A DNA stretch of 64,000 bases from positions 35,836,001 through 35,900,000 of the forward strand of contig OX597838.1 of assembly GCA_951406725.2 (NCBI GenBank), read 5' to 3'. The notes under the pieces were generated by a model, which was given only the letters and a program-made list of their open reading frames with translations, did no database searches and had not been told where the DNA came from. The translations under genes and the position numbers were made by a program. This document shows positions 30,711-43,027 of the stretch, piece after piece; position 1 is the first letter of the stretch; each line of letters opens with the position of its first letter. This stretch comes from Octopus vulgaris (lineage: Eukaryota).

Positions 30711-31047
30711 ACACTTGTCCCAGGTGCTACATAGTGGGACTGAACATGGAACCATGTGACTGAGAGAGAAGTTTCTTGCCACACAGCCATGCCTGCGCCA
30801 ACGAATAGAAATTTTAATGAGGAAATTTTAATTGTTAGATTAATCCTAGCAGGATTAGTTTATATTTTAAATTGAAGTCCAAGGAAGAGGAAGAAGACAC
30901 ATTGAACACACCTGTTTAGTTTTTGCTTATTTCTTCCTCATTAAAATTTCTATTCATAGGCACAGGTATGACTGTGTGGCAAAGAACTTCTCTCTCAGTC
31001 ACATGGTTCCACGTTCAGTACCACTATGTGGCACCTTGGACAAGTGT
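30711..31047. repeat. Inverted duplication of a SINE A head plus unique flank
   Basis: 30711-30824 is the reverse complement of about 30934-31047, including the non-SINE flank 'gaatagaaattttaatgaggaa'. Confidence 0.88.
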
Positions 31048-31120
31048 CTTCTGCCATAGGTTCACACTGACCAAAGCCTTGTGAGTGGATCTAGTAAACA
31101 GAAACTGAAAAAAGCCATTT

Positions 31121-31224
<104 letters not shown>

Positions 31225-32220
31225 AATTATAATAAAGGGTTAATTGCAACAAGTTGCTCAAAACCACATACCGAAAATATTAGAAATGGCAGCCAAATAG
31301 GTCACCATTTCTCCTACTAGTAAAAAAGTCTCCACAAACAAACAGAATTTGCAACCCGTATATGGCAAAGAGAAAGAAAATAACGAAATCCCAGCCTATT
31401 TGGATTAATTATAGACAAAATCTTTTCTGGATTATATATATATATGTATATGTGGAGGCGCAATGGCCTACTGGTTAGGGCAGAACTGTTTGTTTGTTGG
31501 ACAAAATGCTTAGAATTTCTCTCAACTCCTTATGTTCTGAGTTAAAATTCCATTGGAGTCGATTTTCCCTTTCTTCCTTTTGAGGTCAGTAAAATAATGC
31601 CCAGTCAAGTAGTAGGGGGAGGGTCAATGTAATTGAGTTGCCTCCCACCCCTAAAATTGCTAGCCTTGTGTTAAAATCTGATATATTTATTACAAGTGAT
31701 TGATCTTTACAAGTAAGTGTGGTCTGGAATGTGTAAGGTCAACAGATTGGCCTCTGGTAGTTACTCCCACCCTGTTTAGGTGTTCATTTTCTCTGTGATC
31801 CTATGTTCAAAAGCTACTGTGGTCAACTTTCACTTTTTGCCCTTTCAGGGTTGGTAAAATAATCAGTCTGGTGTTAGGGTAAACTTTCTCTCTCTCTCAC
31901 ACACACAAAGAAATTGGAGATGAATTCTTATAGGAATGACTCGATTTCCAGTCTCCGAGGCAATGTAATCTCGTTTAAAATTTGGTCTAATTCAGTAAGA
32001 AGATAATGAATTTAGAGAATCATTAGAATATGAAAAATGCATTGCGATATTTGTTCCAATTTTCTACTCTCTGAGTTCAAATCCTGCTAAAGTTGATTCT
32101 ATCTTTTACTCTTTTGGGGTTGATACAGCCATGACCAAAAGCTTGGAACACCAAAAAAAAAAAAATTTAAATTGTTATGCGCAAGTACAATTCAATTCAA
32201 ATATATACAACATATATCAA

Positions 32221-32637
32221 AGGCGGCGAACTGGCAGAAACGTTAGCACGCCGGGCGAAATGCTAAGCAGTATTTCGTCTGCCGCTACGTTCTGAGTTCA
32301 AATTCCGCCGAGGTCGACTTTGCCTTTCATCCTTTCGGGGTCGATAAATTAAGTACCAGTTACGCACTGGGGTTGGTGTAATCGACTTAATACCTATGTC
32401 TGTCCTTGTTTGTCTCCTCTGTGTTTAGCCCCTTGTGGGTAATAAAGAAATAGGTATTTCGTCTGCCGCTACGTTCTGAGTTCAAATTCTGCCGAGGTCG
32501 ACTTTGCCTTTCATCCTTTCGGGGGTCGATTAAATAAGTACCAGTTACACACTGGGGGTCGATATAATCGACTTAATCCGTTTGTCTGTCCTTGTTTGTC
32601 GTCTCTGTGTTTAACCCGTTGTGGGTAGTAAAGAAAT
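32221..32637 (+). mobile_element. SINE family B partial dimer
   Basis: Full unit to about 32452, then a restart at 'gtatttcgtctgccg' and a second body and tail. Confidence 0.92.
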
Positions 32638-32655
32638 ATATATACAACGTATATA

Positions 32656-33047
32656 TGGATGGATGGAAGCACTCCGTCGGTTACGACGACAAGGGTTCCG
32701 GTTGATCTGATCAACGGAGCAGCCTGCTCATGAAATTAACGTGTAAGTGGCTGAGCACTCCACAGATACGTGTACCTTTAACGTAGTTCTCAGGGATATT
32801 CAGCGTGACACAGAGAGTGACAAGGCCGGCCCTTTGAAATACAGGTACAACAGAAACAGGAAGTAAGAGTGAGAGAAAGTTGTGATGAAAGAGTACAGCA
32901 GGGATCACCACCATCCCCTGCCGGAGCCTCGTGGAGCTTTAGGTGTTTTCGCTCAATAAACACTCACAACGCCTGGTCTGGGAATCGAAACCGCGATCCT
33001 ACGACCGCGAGTCCACTGCCCTAACCACTGGGCCATTGCGCCTCCAC
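32656..33047 (-). mobile_element. SINE family D (tRNA-derived), full length
   Basis: Reverse complement of 'gtggaggcgcaatggcccagtggttagggcag..ggtttcgattcccagacc'; homologous to 60363-60743 and 63902-64000. Confidence 0.9.
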
Positions 33048-33544
33048 GTCACAACATATATATATTTGGGTAGCTACAGAGGGGTTGAGGGGGCGGTCTA
33101 CTCCTGGTGGCACTTTATGGGGCAGCACCCCTTTTGCCTGGGGGTGGCAAACTGAAGCTACACTGGTGAATAATTGAAACAAGTGAAAAAGAAAAGACAG
33201 CCAATTCAGTTATTAATTGTGCTTAATTCAACCTCACTTAATCTGCCCGAGACTAAGTCTAAATTAGTTGTTAATTCTATTAAGAAGTCTATCCATTTTA
33301 CATCACAATTGATAGATTACTCTGTCAAATATTATGCTAATTTATTAACAATTCAAAAAATTAATCATGCATTATCTCATAGCTTTGAGATTCTGGTGCC
33401 GTGGTTGTTTGTTTTTAGAATGACATTGTAGGGTAGGTGCGAGAGGCTGGATCTGGCTATTTTGGACATAAAAACAGGTCAAACATTTGGGCTCACTGTG
33501 GCTGGTTTAAATGCTGAAGGGTGAAACAAATATAGTTTTTCAGT

Positions 33545-33990
33545 GGGTGTAATTTAGACACAATTCATGTAATTTAAATTAATCAGGATGCACTTTAGAT
33601 CTTAACAATATCTAATTTAGCCTTACTTAATGAATGTCTAAATTTGTCTAGATCTAATTTATTATTTTTTTCTTTTTTGCATGTAATTAGCCAGATTGCA
33701 GTCTAAATTTGTCTAATCTAATTTAGTTAACTGTATATCATTTGAATTTGTGAATGCAGTCTAAATCACATTAGTCTAATTTACTCGTTAACTGTGTGCA
33801 ATTTAGCCTCGTTTATTGCAGTCAAAATTAGTCTAATCTAATTTAGTCTTTAATTTATTTTCATTTAATCTCAGAATGTAAATTAGCCTGTAATTATGTC
33901 AAATCTAGTCCATTTAATGTAATCAAATTTAGATCATTCTAATTTAGTCATTACAAAATCCATTATATTCTCATTTAGACTGATGCAGTT
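33545..33990. repeat. Degenerate AT-rich repeat of 'ctaatttagtc'-like motifs
   Basis: Many variants of taatttag / gtctaa within about 450 bp. Confidence 0.55.
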
Positions 33991-34403
33991 TAATATTTTA
34001 ATTAGATTTGTTTTTTTAGTTTTTGTTTTTCATCTAGGTTCTGATCAAGTCTAATTTGTCTTTTGAGTTGTTGTTCTTTAGTTCCTGATCCAGCACACTT
34101 ATGCTCAAAAGTTTTCCAACCATGACCAACCAACTTCTGTCTGCCTTTTATTCAGACATAGCTGTTGTATATCGGACTAACTACACATCCCATTTCTTTC
34201 AGGACATTAGGGCATGATTTGAAGTAAATTAGCTGCTATTTCTAGCAGATCAAGGGATCATGTAGAGCTATAGTCCCCAACCTTGTTTTGTACAATAGAC
34301 CTGTTTCATGCAGGACAATTTTTGTACAAATTGGGAGATTTCATGCGAAAGAAAACAATAAATTGCATAATATATATTTTAATTATTACATATCTCTTTA
34401 TCT

Positions 34404-34803
34404 TTTACTTGTTTCAGTCATTGGACTGTGGCCATGCTGGGGCACTACCTTGAAGGATTTTAGTAAAAATAAATTGACCCCAGTGCTTATTTCCTTTTAA
34501 GTCTGGTACTTTATTTTATCAGCATTTATGTTTTTGTAGAATTTATAAGTTATGGGGACATAAACAAACCAACACTAGTTACCAAGCAGTGATGGAGAAA
34601 AAACACAAAGACACACACACATGCATGCATGCATACATACACCAAAACACAATGGGCGTCTTTCAGTTTCCGTCTACCAAATCCATTCACAAGGCTTTGG
34701 TCAGCCCAGAGCTTTAGCAGAAGAAGCTTGTCCAAGATACCATACAATGGGACTGAACCTGGAACCATGTGATTCTGGAGCAAACTTCTTACCACTCAGC
34801 CAC
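34404..34803 (-). mobile_element. Older, diverged SINE family A copy
   Basis: Recognisable tail (ttttacttgtttcagtcattggactg) and head (gggactgaacctggaaccatgtg). Confidence 0.8.
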
Positions 34804-35216
34804 ACACATATAATACATATATAAGGTGAAAACACCCTGCAGATAATAAAACAGATATAAAATTTTAAAATTTATTCCTCCTATGCCCGCCTGGTACTGG
34901 TCTTCAACCCACTGGCTGAGTGCCCCTGATGTAGAGGATTTCCTATAGAGTTTAATCTTGTGCAGTATTTCTCAGCACTTAGGGGTCCATTTAAGATTTT
35001 GTTGTTAAAATTTATGTTCAATAATTTGGTTATACTTCTATGTTTCATATAATATTTTTACAGGTTTTTAAAATACAATTTTTAATAATATTTAATTATA
35101 AAAATAAAATAGGATTTTTTAAACATTGGATGGTTATGAGTAAAATAATGTATCCCAGTAACCTAGACTACATTATCTAACATGTCTCCCACCATCATTT
35201 TTCTTGGGAAACTATA

Positions 35217-35628
35217 GGCGCAGGAGTGGCTGTGTGGTAAGTAGCTTGCTTACCAGCCACATTGTTCTGGGTTCAGTCCCACTGTGTGGCACCTTGGGCA
35301 AGTGTCTTCTACTATAGTCTCGGGCTGACCAAAGCCTTGTGAGTGGATTTGGTAGACGGAAACTGAAAGAAGCCCGTCGTATATATGTATATATATACGT
35401 ATGTGTGTGTGTTTCTGTGTCTGTGTTTGTCCCCCCAACATCACTTGACAACCGATGCTAGTGTGTTTGCATCCTCGTAACTTAGCAGTTTGGCAAAAAG
35501 AGATCGATAGAATAAGTACTGGGCTTACTTACAAAGAATAACTCTTGGGGTCGATTTGTTTGACTAAAGGCGGTGCTCCAGCATGGCTGCAGTCAAATGA
35601 CTGAAACAAGTAAAAGAGTAAAGAGTAA
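35217..35628 (+). mobile_element. SINE family A, full length
   Basis: Complete unit. Confidence 0.93.
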
Positions 35629-36975
35629 GAATTAAAGGGGTCCAGAGGTAAAAAAAGTGTTGGGGAATCACTGGTCTATTGTAATGTCTAATCAGATGTT
35701 CATCCTTGGACCTTAGTAGATATGTACTGGTCGTATGAACAAAACCCCCAATACACACCATAAAGTGGTTGGCGTTATAAAGGGCATTCAGCCATAGAAA
35801 TCATGTCAAATAGTGATTAGAATACTGTGTAGTCCTTGGGTCCATTGGATCCTGTCAAGCCATTCAAATCATGCCAGCTGGAAACCCACGTGTTAAATGA
35901 TGATGATGTTGATGTTGATGATGATGATGTAGAAGAAGAACAACAACAACAACAGTGCAAAAATGGAAATTGAGATTCATCATCAGAGAATTATCACCAA
36001 CTTCTCTTTGAAACTGAATGCATACAGATATGGATTTTGTAAACAGGACTCTGATGTAGAAGTGGCTTTCAGTGCATGGTAGGGAAGGCAATGGAAGAGG
36101 GTGTGGGCTCTGAATCAATAACATGTATCTTTAAAACAGTGAATTACCTCATACAATGCAATAAAATTCTACTTTATTTGTTTGTATTTTGAACCTGCTG
36201 CAGCTCTATTTTGTATATATAAATATAAACTACGTGATAAACGCAGCTAGATTTATGTAAATATTACTTTGTTTATACACGCACGCAATAAATTTATTAT
36301 GTAGCATGCCTTTCTCTGTCAATGCAAAAAAAAAAACCCCAAAAAACCCCCCCGAAGTAAAAGGGAAAGAAGAAAAATTTTAAGAATGCTTCTACCTCCA
36401 CCCCATAAGATACATGCCAAAATTATGTTAATAATATTTTTCTGTTTTGAGGTTTATAGACATTCGATAATACAGTTCTTTGTATCAGTGGGAAAAAATT
36501 TATGACCATCTCCCTGCATGCGATACACATTTTTATCCTTCGTCTTTTGCTGGTTTCAGTCATCGGACTGCAACCATGCTGGAACACTGTCTTGATGGAT
36601 TTTAGTCAAACAAATTGCCCCCCAGTACTTATTTTATTATATTTCAAGCCTGATACTTATTCTATTGGTTTCTTTTGGAATCGGTATACAGTTTCTTGAT
36701 ATGGACAGAATGTTCTTTTCATTTCTCTGTTTCTGTTTTAGGATAAGAATTCTGTTTCCACTGTTCTTTTTAACTAATTCTTTCTATACTAAGATAATAA
36801 TTCCTAATTTCAGATATCTTTTATATGGTCGGGAATATAGATCAATGACAAACATTCCACTCATATTAAACAGTCGTATTCCTACTTTTGCCCCAACCCC
36901 CTGTATAATGTGTGTGTGTGTGTGTGTGTGTGTTTCTTCAGTGAGAAAAATAACAATTGTTTGTCATGTGATATA

Positions 36976-37488
36976 CCGTAGATTCCTCATGTATAATCCG
37001 CATTTTTTCCCCAAAATTTAAGGGTCAAAATCCCTACTGCGTACTATATACAAGGTTAAAAATGAAAAATATTTTCTAAGCAATGTCTGAGTCTCTATTT
37101 GCTGTCCGACAATGTTTATCCAGACGCATTTTGTGATGTCGGGTGCGAAAATACCTTAAGCTAAGCCTGAAAGCAATGAAGTCCTAAAAAAATCATCCAT
37201 AACTTGCAGTAAGCAACATTTATTAAACGCTATTGCTGTTATTTCTTTATTTTCTGCAAACAAAATGCACAAAAAAGCTACACATTTGCATTATGTTATA
37301 TGTACAATAATAATAAAGGTCGTTACCGTATACATTTTTACAAACCAAGGACGTTATATAGACCTCCTTGACTCAAGTTAGAGAAGGGCTGCGTATTATA
37401 CACAAGGTTTAGGTTTCTCAGAGGTACAGCCCCCTAAAAATACCCTGTGTATTATACTCAAGGGCGGACTATACTCGAGGATTTATGG
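36976..37488. mobile_element. Non-autonomous Tc1/mariner-superfamily element (CCGTA termini, Tc2/pogo-like)
   Basis: TA | CCGTAGATTCCTCATGTATAATCCGC ... GCGGACTATACTCGAGGATTTATGG | TA; subterminal 'tgcgta.tata.acaagg' repeats. Confidence 0.8.
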
Positions 37489-37616
37489 TATGTTGAAATT
37501 AACTTGAATTTGGAGCATACTTGCTTTCATAGGTCTGCTCCATCATGACCAGTCTGGAGTTAAGCAGCAACATCCTTGAGGATAGATTAATAATAATAAT
37601 GAAAAAAAAAATGATA

Positions 37617-38115
37617 GGCACAGGAGTGGCTGTGTGGTAAGTAGCTTGCTTACCAACCACATGGTTCCGGTTTCAGTCCCACTGCGTGGCATGTTGGGCA
37701 AGCGTCTTTTGCTATAGCCCCGGGCCGACCAATGCCTTGTGAGTGGATTTGGTAGATGGAAACTGAAAGAAGCCTGTCGTATATATGTATGTATATATAT
37801 GTATGTGTGTGTGTGTTTGTGTGTCTGTGTTTGTCCCCCTAGCATTGCTTGACAACCGATGCTGGTGTGTTTACATCCCTGTAACTTAGCGGTTCGGCAA
37901 AAGAGATCCGATAGAATACGTACTGGGCTTACAAAGAATAAGTCCTGCCTTCTGAGTGGATTTGGTAGACGGAAACTGAAAAGAAGCCCGTCGTATATAT
38001 GTATATATATATATATGTGTGTGTGTGTGTTTGTGTGACTGTGTTTGTCCCCCTAGCATTGCTTGACAACCGATGCTGGTGTGTTTATGTCCCCATTACT
38101 TAGCGGTTCGGCAAA
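37617..38115 (+). mobile_element. SINE family A (3'-truncated) followed by a second partial A copy
   Basis: First unit stops at about 37947 and restarts at 'gagtggatttggtagacgg'. Confidence 0.88.
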
Positions 38116-38343
38116 AGTTTGCTGGACATTATTGTAGAGCTGAAAACGAGGTAATTTCTACTCTTCTCCTCTGGAGGCCATCTGCTCGCAATACCAGAGG
38201 GCGCACACTCTCCTACCCTGATGTAACCTCCAGGGATACAGGCATCCAGCAACAGGACCTCCATAATGCCATGATGGACCGTGAAGTCTGGCGTAACATA
38301 GTAAATTCCATTGTCTCGACCACGGTCGAACAATGATGATGAC
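38116..38343 (+). mobile_element. RTE LINE 3' end (same family as 22666-23379)
   Basis: FAGHYCRAENEVISTLLLWRP...DREVWR...STTVEQ* plus (GAT)n. Confidence 0.9.
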
Positions 38344-38956
38344 CTGGTTACATAGCAAACTCTATATCTGAGCAGCCATGTCATAAGAAGAATTGTGTTT
38401 GGATAAGCTCACAAGTTATGGGATTAAGCTCTTAGAGAGAAAATTTCTCTGTTAGCAAAAAAAAAACAAAAGAAAAAACAAACAATCTTAAGGTGCCCCA
38501 GCATGGCCACAGCTTGTGAGCTGAAACTAGATTAAAAAAAAAACAAAACAAAAAAAAGCAGTATCTTGTTCTCCATATGCTAAATGAACTTATCTCAGAA
38601 CTCACTAATCAGATGTAGGACCAGTGTGGATACTTCAAATATCCACCTTTCTCCCTCTGGCATTTATATATATATAACCTCATCCATCTAACTCGAGAAC
38701 TTCAATAAATTAAATTTCATCTAACAAGTTAGCTGCTCTGTTGTGATGTTGCCAGAAGGAACGAGGAGTGCACAACAACACCAGTTGTGACCTCCTCTGC
38801 TTTTGCTTTATAATCTTGTTTTGTTTTGTTTTGTCCCTTCTTGGTTTTTTGTGGCTGAATGTTTGCATGGTTTGGCTCATTTGGAGCACCTGTAGTTGGG
38901 TTTTTTAAGTTTAGTATTCGCTGTAAGGCATGGTTGGTTCTGATATTTTTGCTCAT

Positions 38957-38993
<37 letters not shown>

Positions 38994-39153
38994 CACGACA
39001 TTCACAGGCAGGTGTACAAACATACGTATACATACAAGGACATAAATGTACATGCATGCACACACAAACACACACACAGAAGCATGCATGTGTCGATGCA
39101 CACATATATGCAAGAACATGGCATTCACAGACAGATGGACAAACATACATATA

Positions 39154-39340
39154 GGCGTAGGAGTGGCTGTGTGGTGAGTAGCTTGCTTACCTACCACATG
39201 GTCCCGGGTTCAGTCCCACTGCGTGGCACCTTGGGCAAGTGTCTTCTACTATAGCCTCGGGCCGACCAAAGCCTTGTGAGTGAATTTGGTAGACGGAAAC
39301 TGAAAGAGGCCTGTCGTATATATGTATATATATATATATA

Positions 39341-39391
<51 letters not shown>

Positions 39392-39609
39392 TTGTGTATC
39401 TGTGTTTGTCCCCCCAACATCGCTTGACAACTAATGCTGGTGTGTTTACGTCCCCATAACTTAGCGGTTAGGCAAAAGAGACCGATAGAATAAGTACTGG
39501 GCTTCCAAAGAATAAGTCCTGGGGTCGATTTGCCCTACTAAAAAAAAAAGCCGGTGCTCCAGCATGGCCGCAGTCAAATGACTGAAACATGTAAAAGAGT
39601 AAAAGAGTA
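39154..39609 (+). mobile_element. SINE family A, full length
   Basis: Complete unit. Confidence 0.93.
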
Positions 39610-39779
39610 ATACAGACAGATATACATGCAGACACACACACTCACACATGCACACGCATTTGTCTTTGCACAGCTATGTATATGCAGAAGTATGGATGCA
39701 TGTTGTATTCTGTATTTGCGGCGTCATCAAATGCACATGTATGCAGCAGGCAGTTCAACAGATTGACATGCATACATGC

Positions 39780-40412
39780 AGGACCATGAAAATACACGCC
39801 CATGCATATGCCTAAATATAGAAGCATGTGTGCATGTATATGGTTTCCTCATGCATGCATGCAGAACGCACAAAAACAGGTACACAAATAGAAAACAACA
39901 CACACACACACACACACACATAACTACATGAATATTGATATGCATATGCATGGGTACTCATGCTTGCAAAAATGCAATAATATTTATATGCATGCACATG
40001 CAGATATAATATGTATGAATTCAAATACATACACACATGCACACACATATATACACACACACACGTACGTGCACATGCACACACACACACAGCAACAACC
40101 ACACACGCACACACATACATACATGCACAAACACATGTATGTGCACATGCACACACACATGCACACACACACAAACATGCATGTATGTGCACATGCACAC
40201 ATGCATACACACTTTCACACACACACACATAAACACACATAAACACACAAATATATACATGTTAATTCATGCAATTAGATTCACGTACAGGCACATATGT
40301 TCATAAATACATAGATATGCTGCAACGTGAACATGTGCAGATACACACACACACACACACACACATGCAAATATGACTACACATATATGTGTCTGCACTT
40401 ATCTCTCTCTCG

Positions 40413-40462
<50 letters not shown>

Positions 40463-40645
40463 GTATATACATACATGCACACACACACACATATCCACAA
40501 ACACGCATTTTCAAGACTATCTGGCTACACACTGCAACTCCCTACTCCTGCACACACATATACACTCAACTTCACACTCATGCACACTCCTCCACGTACA
40601 CACACACACATACACACACACACACAGACACACACACACACACAG
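39780..40645. repeat. (CA)n/(CATG)n low-complexity tract
   Basis: Direct inspection. Confidence 0.9.
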
Positions 40646-41520
40646 AGAAAAAGACACAACCCAACCAGGCGCTCAAGGTTAATGTCAACATAAGCTGTCT
40701 TGTTCAGAAAACTTGTTTTTATTAATTGGAAATTGTGTTTTTGGAAAAACTACGACACAGGAGAAGGTTTGCTTCATTAAAGACGAACTGTTGGGTATCT
40801 TGGCCCAAGAGGCTTAAAATTAGTTCGCATTTAGCATTTCCATTCTTGTCGTGCGTGGTTTCCCACTGTATTTGTAATTACTGTCACACCAATCAAATCC
40901 ACTTCCCCGCCCCCCAGCTTGAAAAGAGAAAAAAAAACGGCTGCCACAAATGTATCTGTCTCACAAATTTATACACTTGGCTAACGCTGCGACTGCTTCT
41001 GTTCTTGTTCGTATTGTTTCTCTGTTTGAAGTGCCGTTGTGGTTTCGGCAGGCAGGCAGATATTATATTAATTGCTTTTGTTTGTTTGTTTTTTGCTCAC
41101 ACACGTACCTTTACACCTGCCTTTACAATGCCTTCCAACGTCTTCCCTTGTTGTCGGATATCTCTTCTGTCAACTAACCTCTGTCAGTTGCAGTTTTTGC
41201 CGAGGAATTATTGGTGCCGCATTGTTTGTGCAATTAGCTACGTGTGCAGTCTGCTTCAACTGTGCTCTCTCCATGCACGTGCTTGTTGACTTCAATCCTT
41301 ATCCTTGCATCAGCCACTCTAACCCAGGCTCTTCATCTTTTACCTGTTTCAATTCTATTCTTTTATTCTTTTACTTGTTTCCGTTGTTCGACTGCGGCCA
41401 TGCTGGAGCACTGCCTTAAAGGGTTTTAGTCGAGGAAATGAAGTAACCCCCAAGACTTAGTCTTTCTAAGCCAAGCACTTATTGCATTGGTCTCTGTTGC
41501 CAACTTGTTAAGTTAGGAGG

Positions 41521-41599
41521 ATGAAGATTACTCGACATCTTAAATCTGTAATATTTACAGCTTTTAATAAAATGTTGTAGTATGAAACAATTGTACTAA
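41521..41599 (+). ncRNA. Degenerate minimal hammerhead motif (5' side damaged)
   Basis: AUGAAGA-uuacucgacaucuua...uaaaauguuguaguau-GAAA-CAAUUG-UA-cuaa; homologous to 42250-42335. Confidence 0.55.
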
Positions 41600-41730
41600 A
41601 TTACCAGATTCATTCTTGTTGCTTATTTTTGATTATAATCACCCCGCATATTTTTATGGGTAATACCATAAAAATTCTGGTGCATCTAAATTAAGTACTA
41701 TATTCATTTGAATCTATATTGTTTGCTGAA

Positions 41731-41773
<43 letters not shown>

Positions 41774-41776
41774 ATA

Positions 41777-42196
41777 CAGGTCGTTGTCGATTTATGACCG
41801 CAATTGGTTCCGACTGACTGGTCGTAAATTGACCTATAAGCCCACATAGCCTTGTTTTATATTTTTACATTCTTAAGGTACATTCTCAGGTAAAAGTCAC
41901 GCACCATTCTGTATTGTACAGTAACAGTGGTATTTGTTCATAGAAAAGTACCAAAGACTGCAAATACAAGAAATATGCAATGTAGTGTAAGAGACAGTTG
42001 TAAAACTTACACAAAAATTTATTGTAGACTGGTGCCTTGGCAATGCCATTTGTTAGCTGGCGTCATCCATAGATGGGTTAATTTCCAAGAAATTAAACCC
42101 TTAAGATTTCAACTGGACTATTTGTTATTGCTGTCAGGAGCTGACATGCCAACCATCTTAAAGTCGATTGGATAGGTCGTCAGTCAACAACTTGTG
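41777..42196. mobile_element. Tigger/pogo-like MITE
   Basis: TA | CAGGTCGTTGTCGATTTATGACC ... GGTCGTCAGTCAACAACTTGTG | TA (imperfect TIRs). Confidence 0.7.
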
Positions 42197-42249
42197 TAAA
42201 TATATAAATATATATAATCAAAATGAGCAACAAGAATAACTTCGGCAGT

Positions 42250-42335
42250 TTGGTATGATCGTTTCACGCTACATCATTTTATTAAATATTGTAAGTATTA
42301 CAACAGTTTTAAAATGTTGAGCAATCATCAGCCAA
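42250..42335 (-). ncRNA. Minimal type-I hammerhead motif (one stem III mutation)
   Basis: Minus strand: uugg-CUGAUGA-uugcucaacauuuua...uaaaaugauguagcgu-GAAA-CGAUCA-UA-ccaa. Confidence 0.7.
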
Positions 42336-42502
42336 TTATAGACGTTTTCTATTAATACATAATTTTCATATCAGTTGATAACATTATAGAGAAGGAAGGT
42401 ATATAGACAAAGATGTTGATTTAAATTTTAAGAACATATATATTTCGATTTTGGATTTGGTTTGCAAGATTCTTTATTTGAGTTCATGTGTTGAAGCATA
42501 TT

Positions 42503-42759
42503 CTGTTGTCTGGGGAGAGTCATCATCTGTTTGTGTTTTATAATTTAACACACTCACCGGTAAAATTTTCACTTATTCCTTATTTTCCTAAAATTTTCGT
42601 TGCATTTTGCAATCTTTTCAATAGTTCTGACTATTGAATATGTTGCAAGACATACCGAAAATTTTAGGAAAATAAAAATAAGGAATAAGTGGAAATTTTA
42701 CCGGTGAGTGTGTTAAATTATAAGGCACAAAAAGAAAATTACTCTCCCAGACACAACAG
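42503..42759. repeat. About 255-bp imperfect palindrome
   Basis: Arms 'ctgttgtctggggagagt..ataatttaacacactcaccggtaaaatt..cctaaaattttcg' and reverse complement; central 'ttcaatag ttctga ctattgaa'. Confidence 0.9.
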
Positions 42760-42928
42760 TATATATATATATATATATATAAAGTTAGTATACATTTAAA
42801 CACAAAAAGAGGTGACACTTAACAGGCCACCTTACATGCTAGAAGGAGCAGTCAAGAACATCCAAAACCACATTTATGAACAATTTTGAAGGGAATAAAA
42901 AATAAAAACTTTTACCATGTATTTAGTG

Positions 42929-42995
42929 CCAGACCTAGGTTTCGAACTTTAATTAGCAAATAAAATAATTTGCTAGGTGAAGTTCTCATCAGTGG
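42929..42995 (-). ncRNA. Minimal type-I hammerhead ribozyme, canonical core
   Basis: Minus strand: cca-CUGAUGA-GAACUU cacc UAGCAAAU uauuuu AUUUGCUA auua AAGUUC-GAAA-CCUAGG-UC^ugg. Confidence 0.85.
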
Positions 42996-43027
42996 GTAGG
43001 CCAAACATTAATAGATAATTATATATA

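Noticed and set aside
40726-41289. 187-aa ORF as a host exon
   Set aside because: TTG start, no recognisable domain, composition typical of non-coding DNA.
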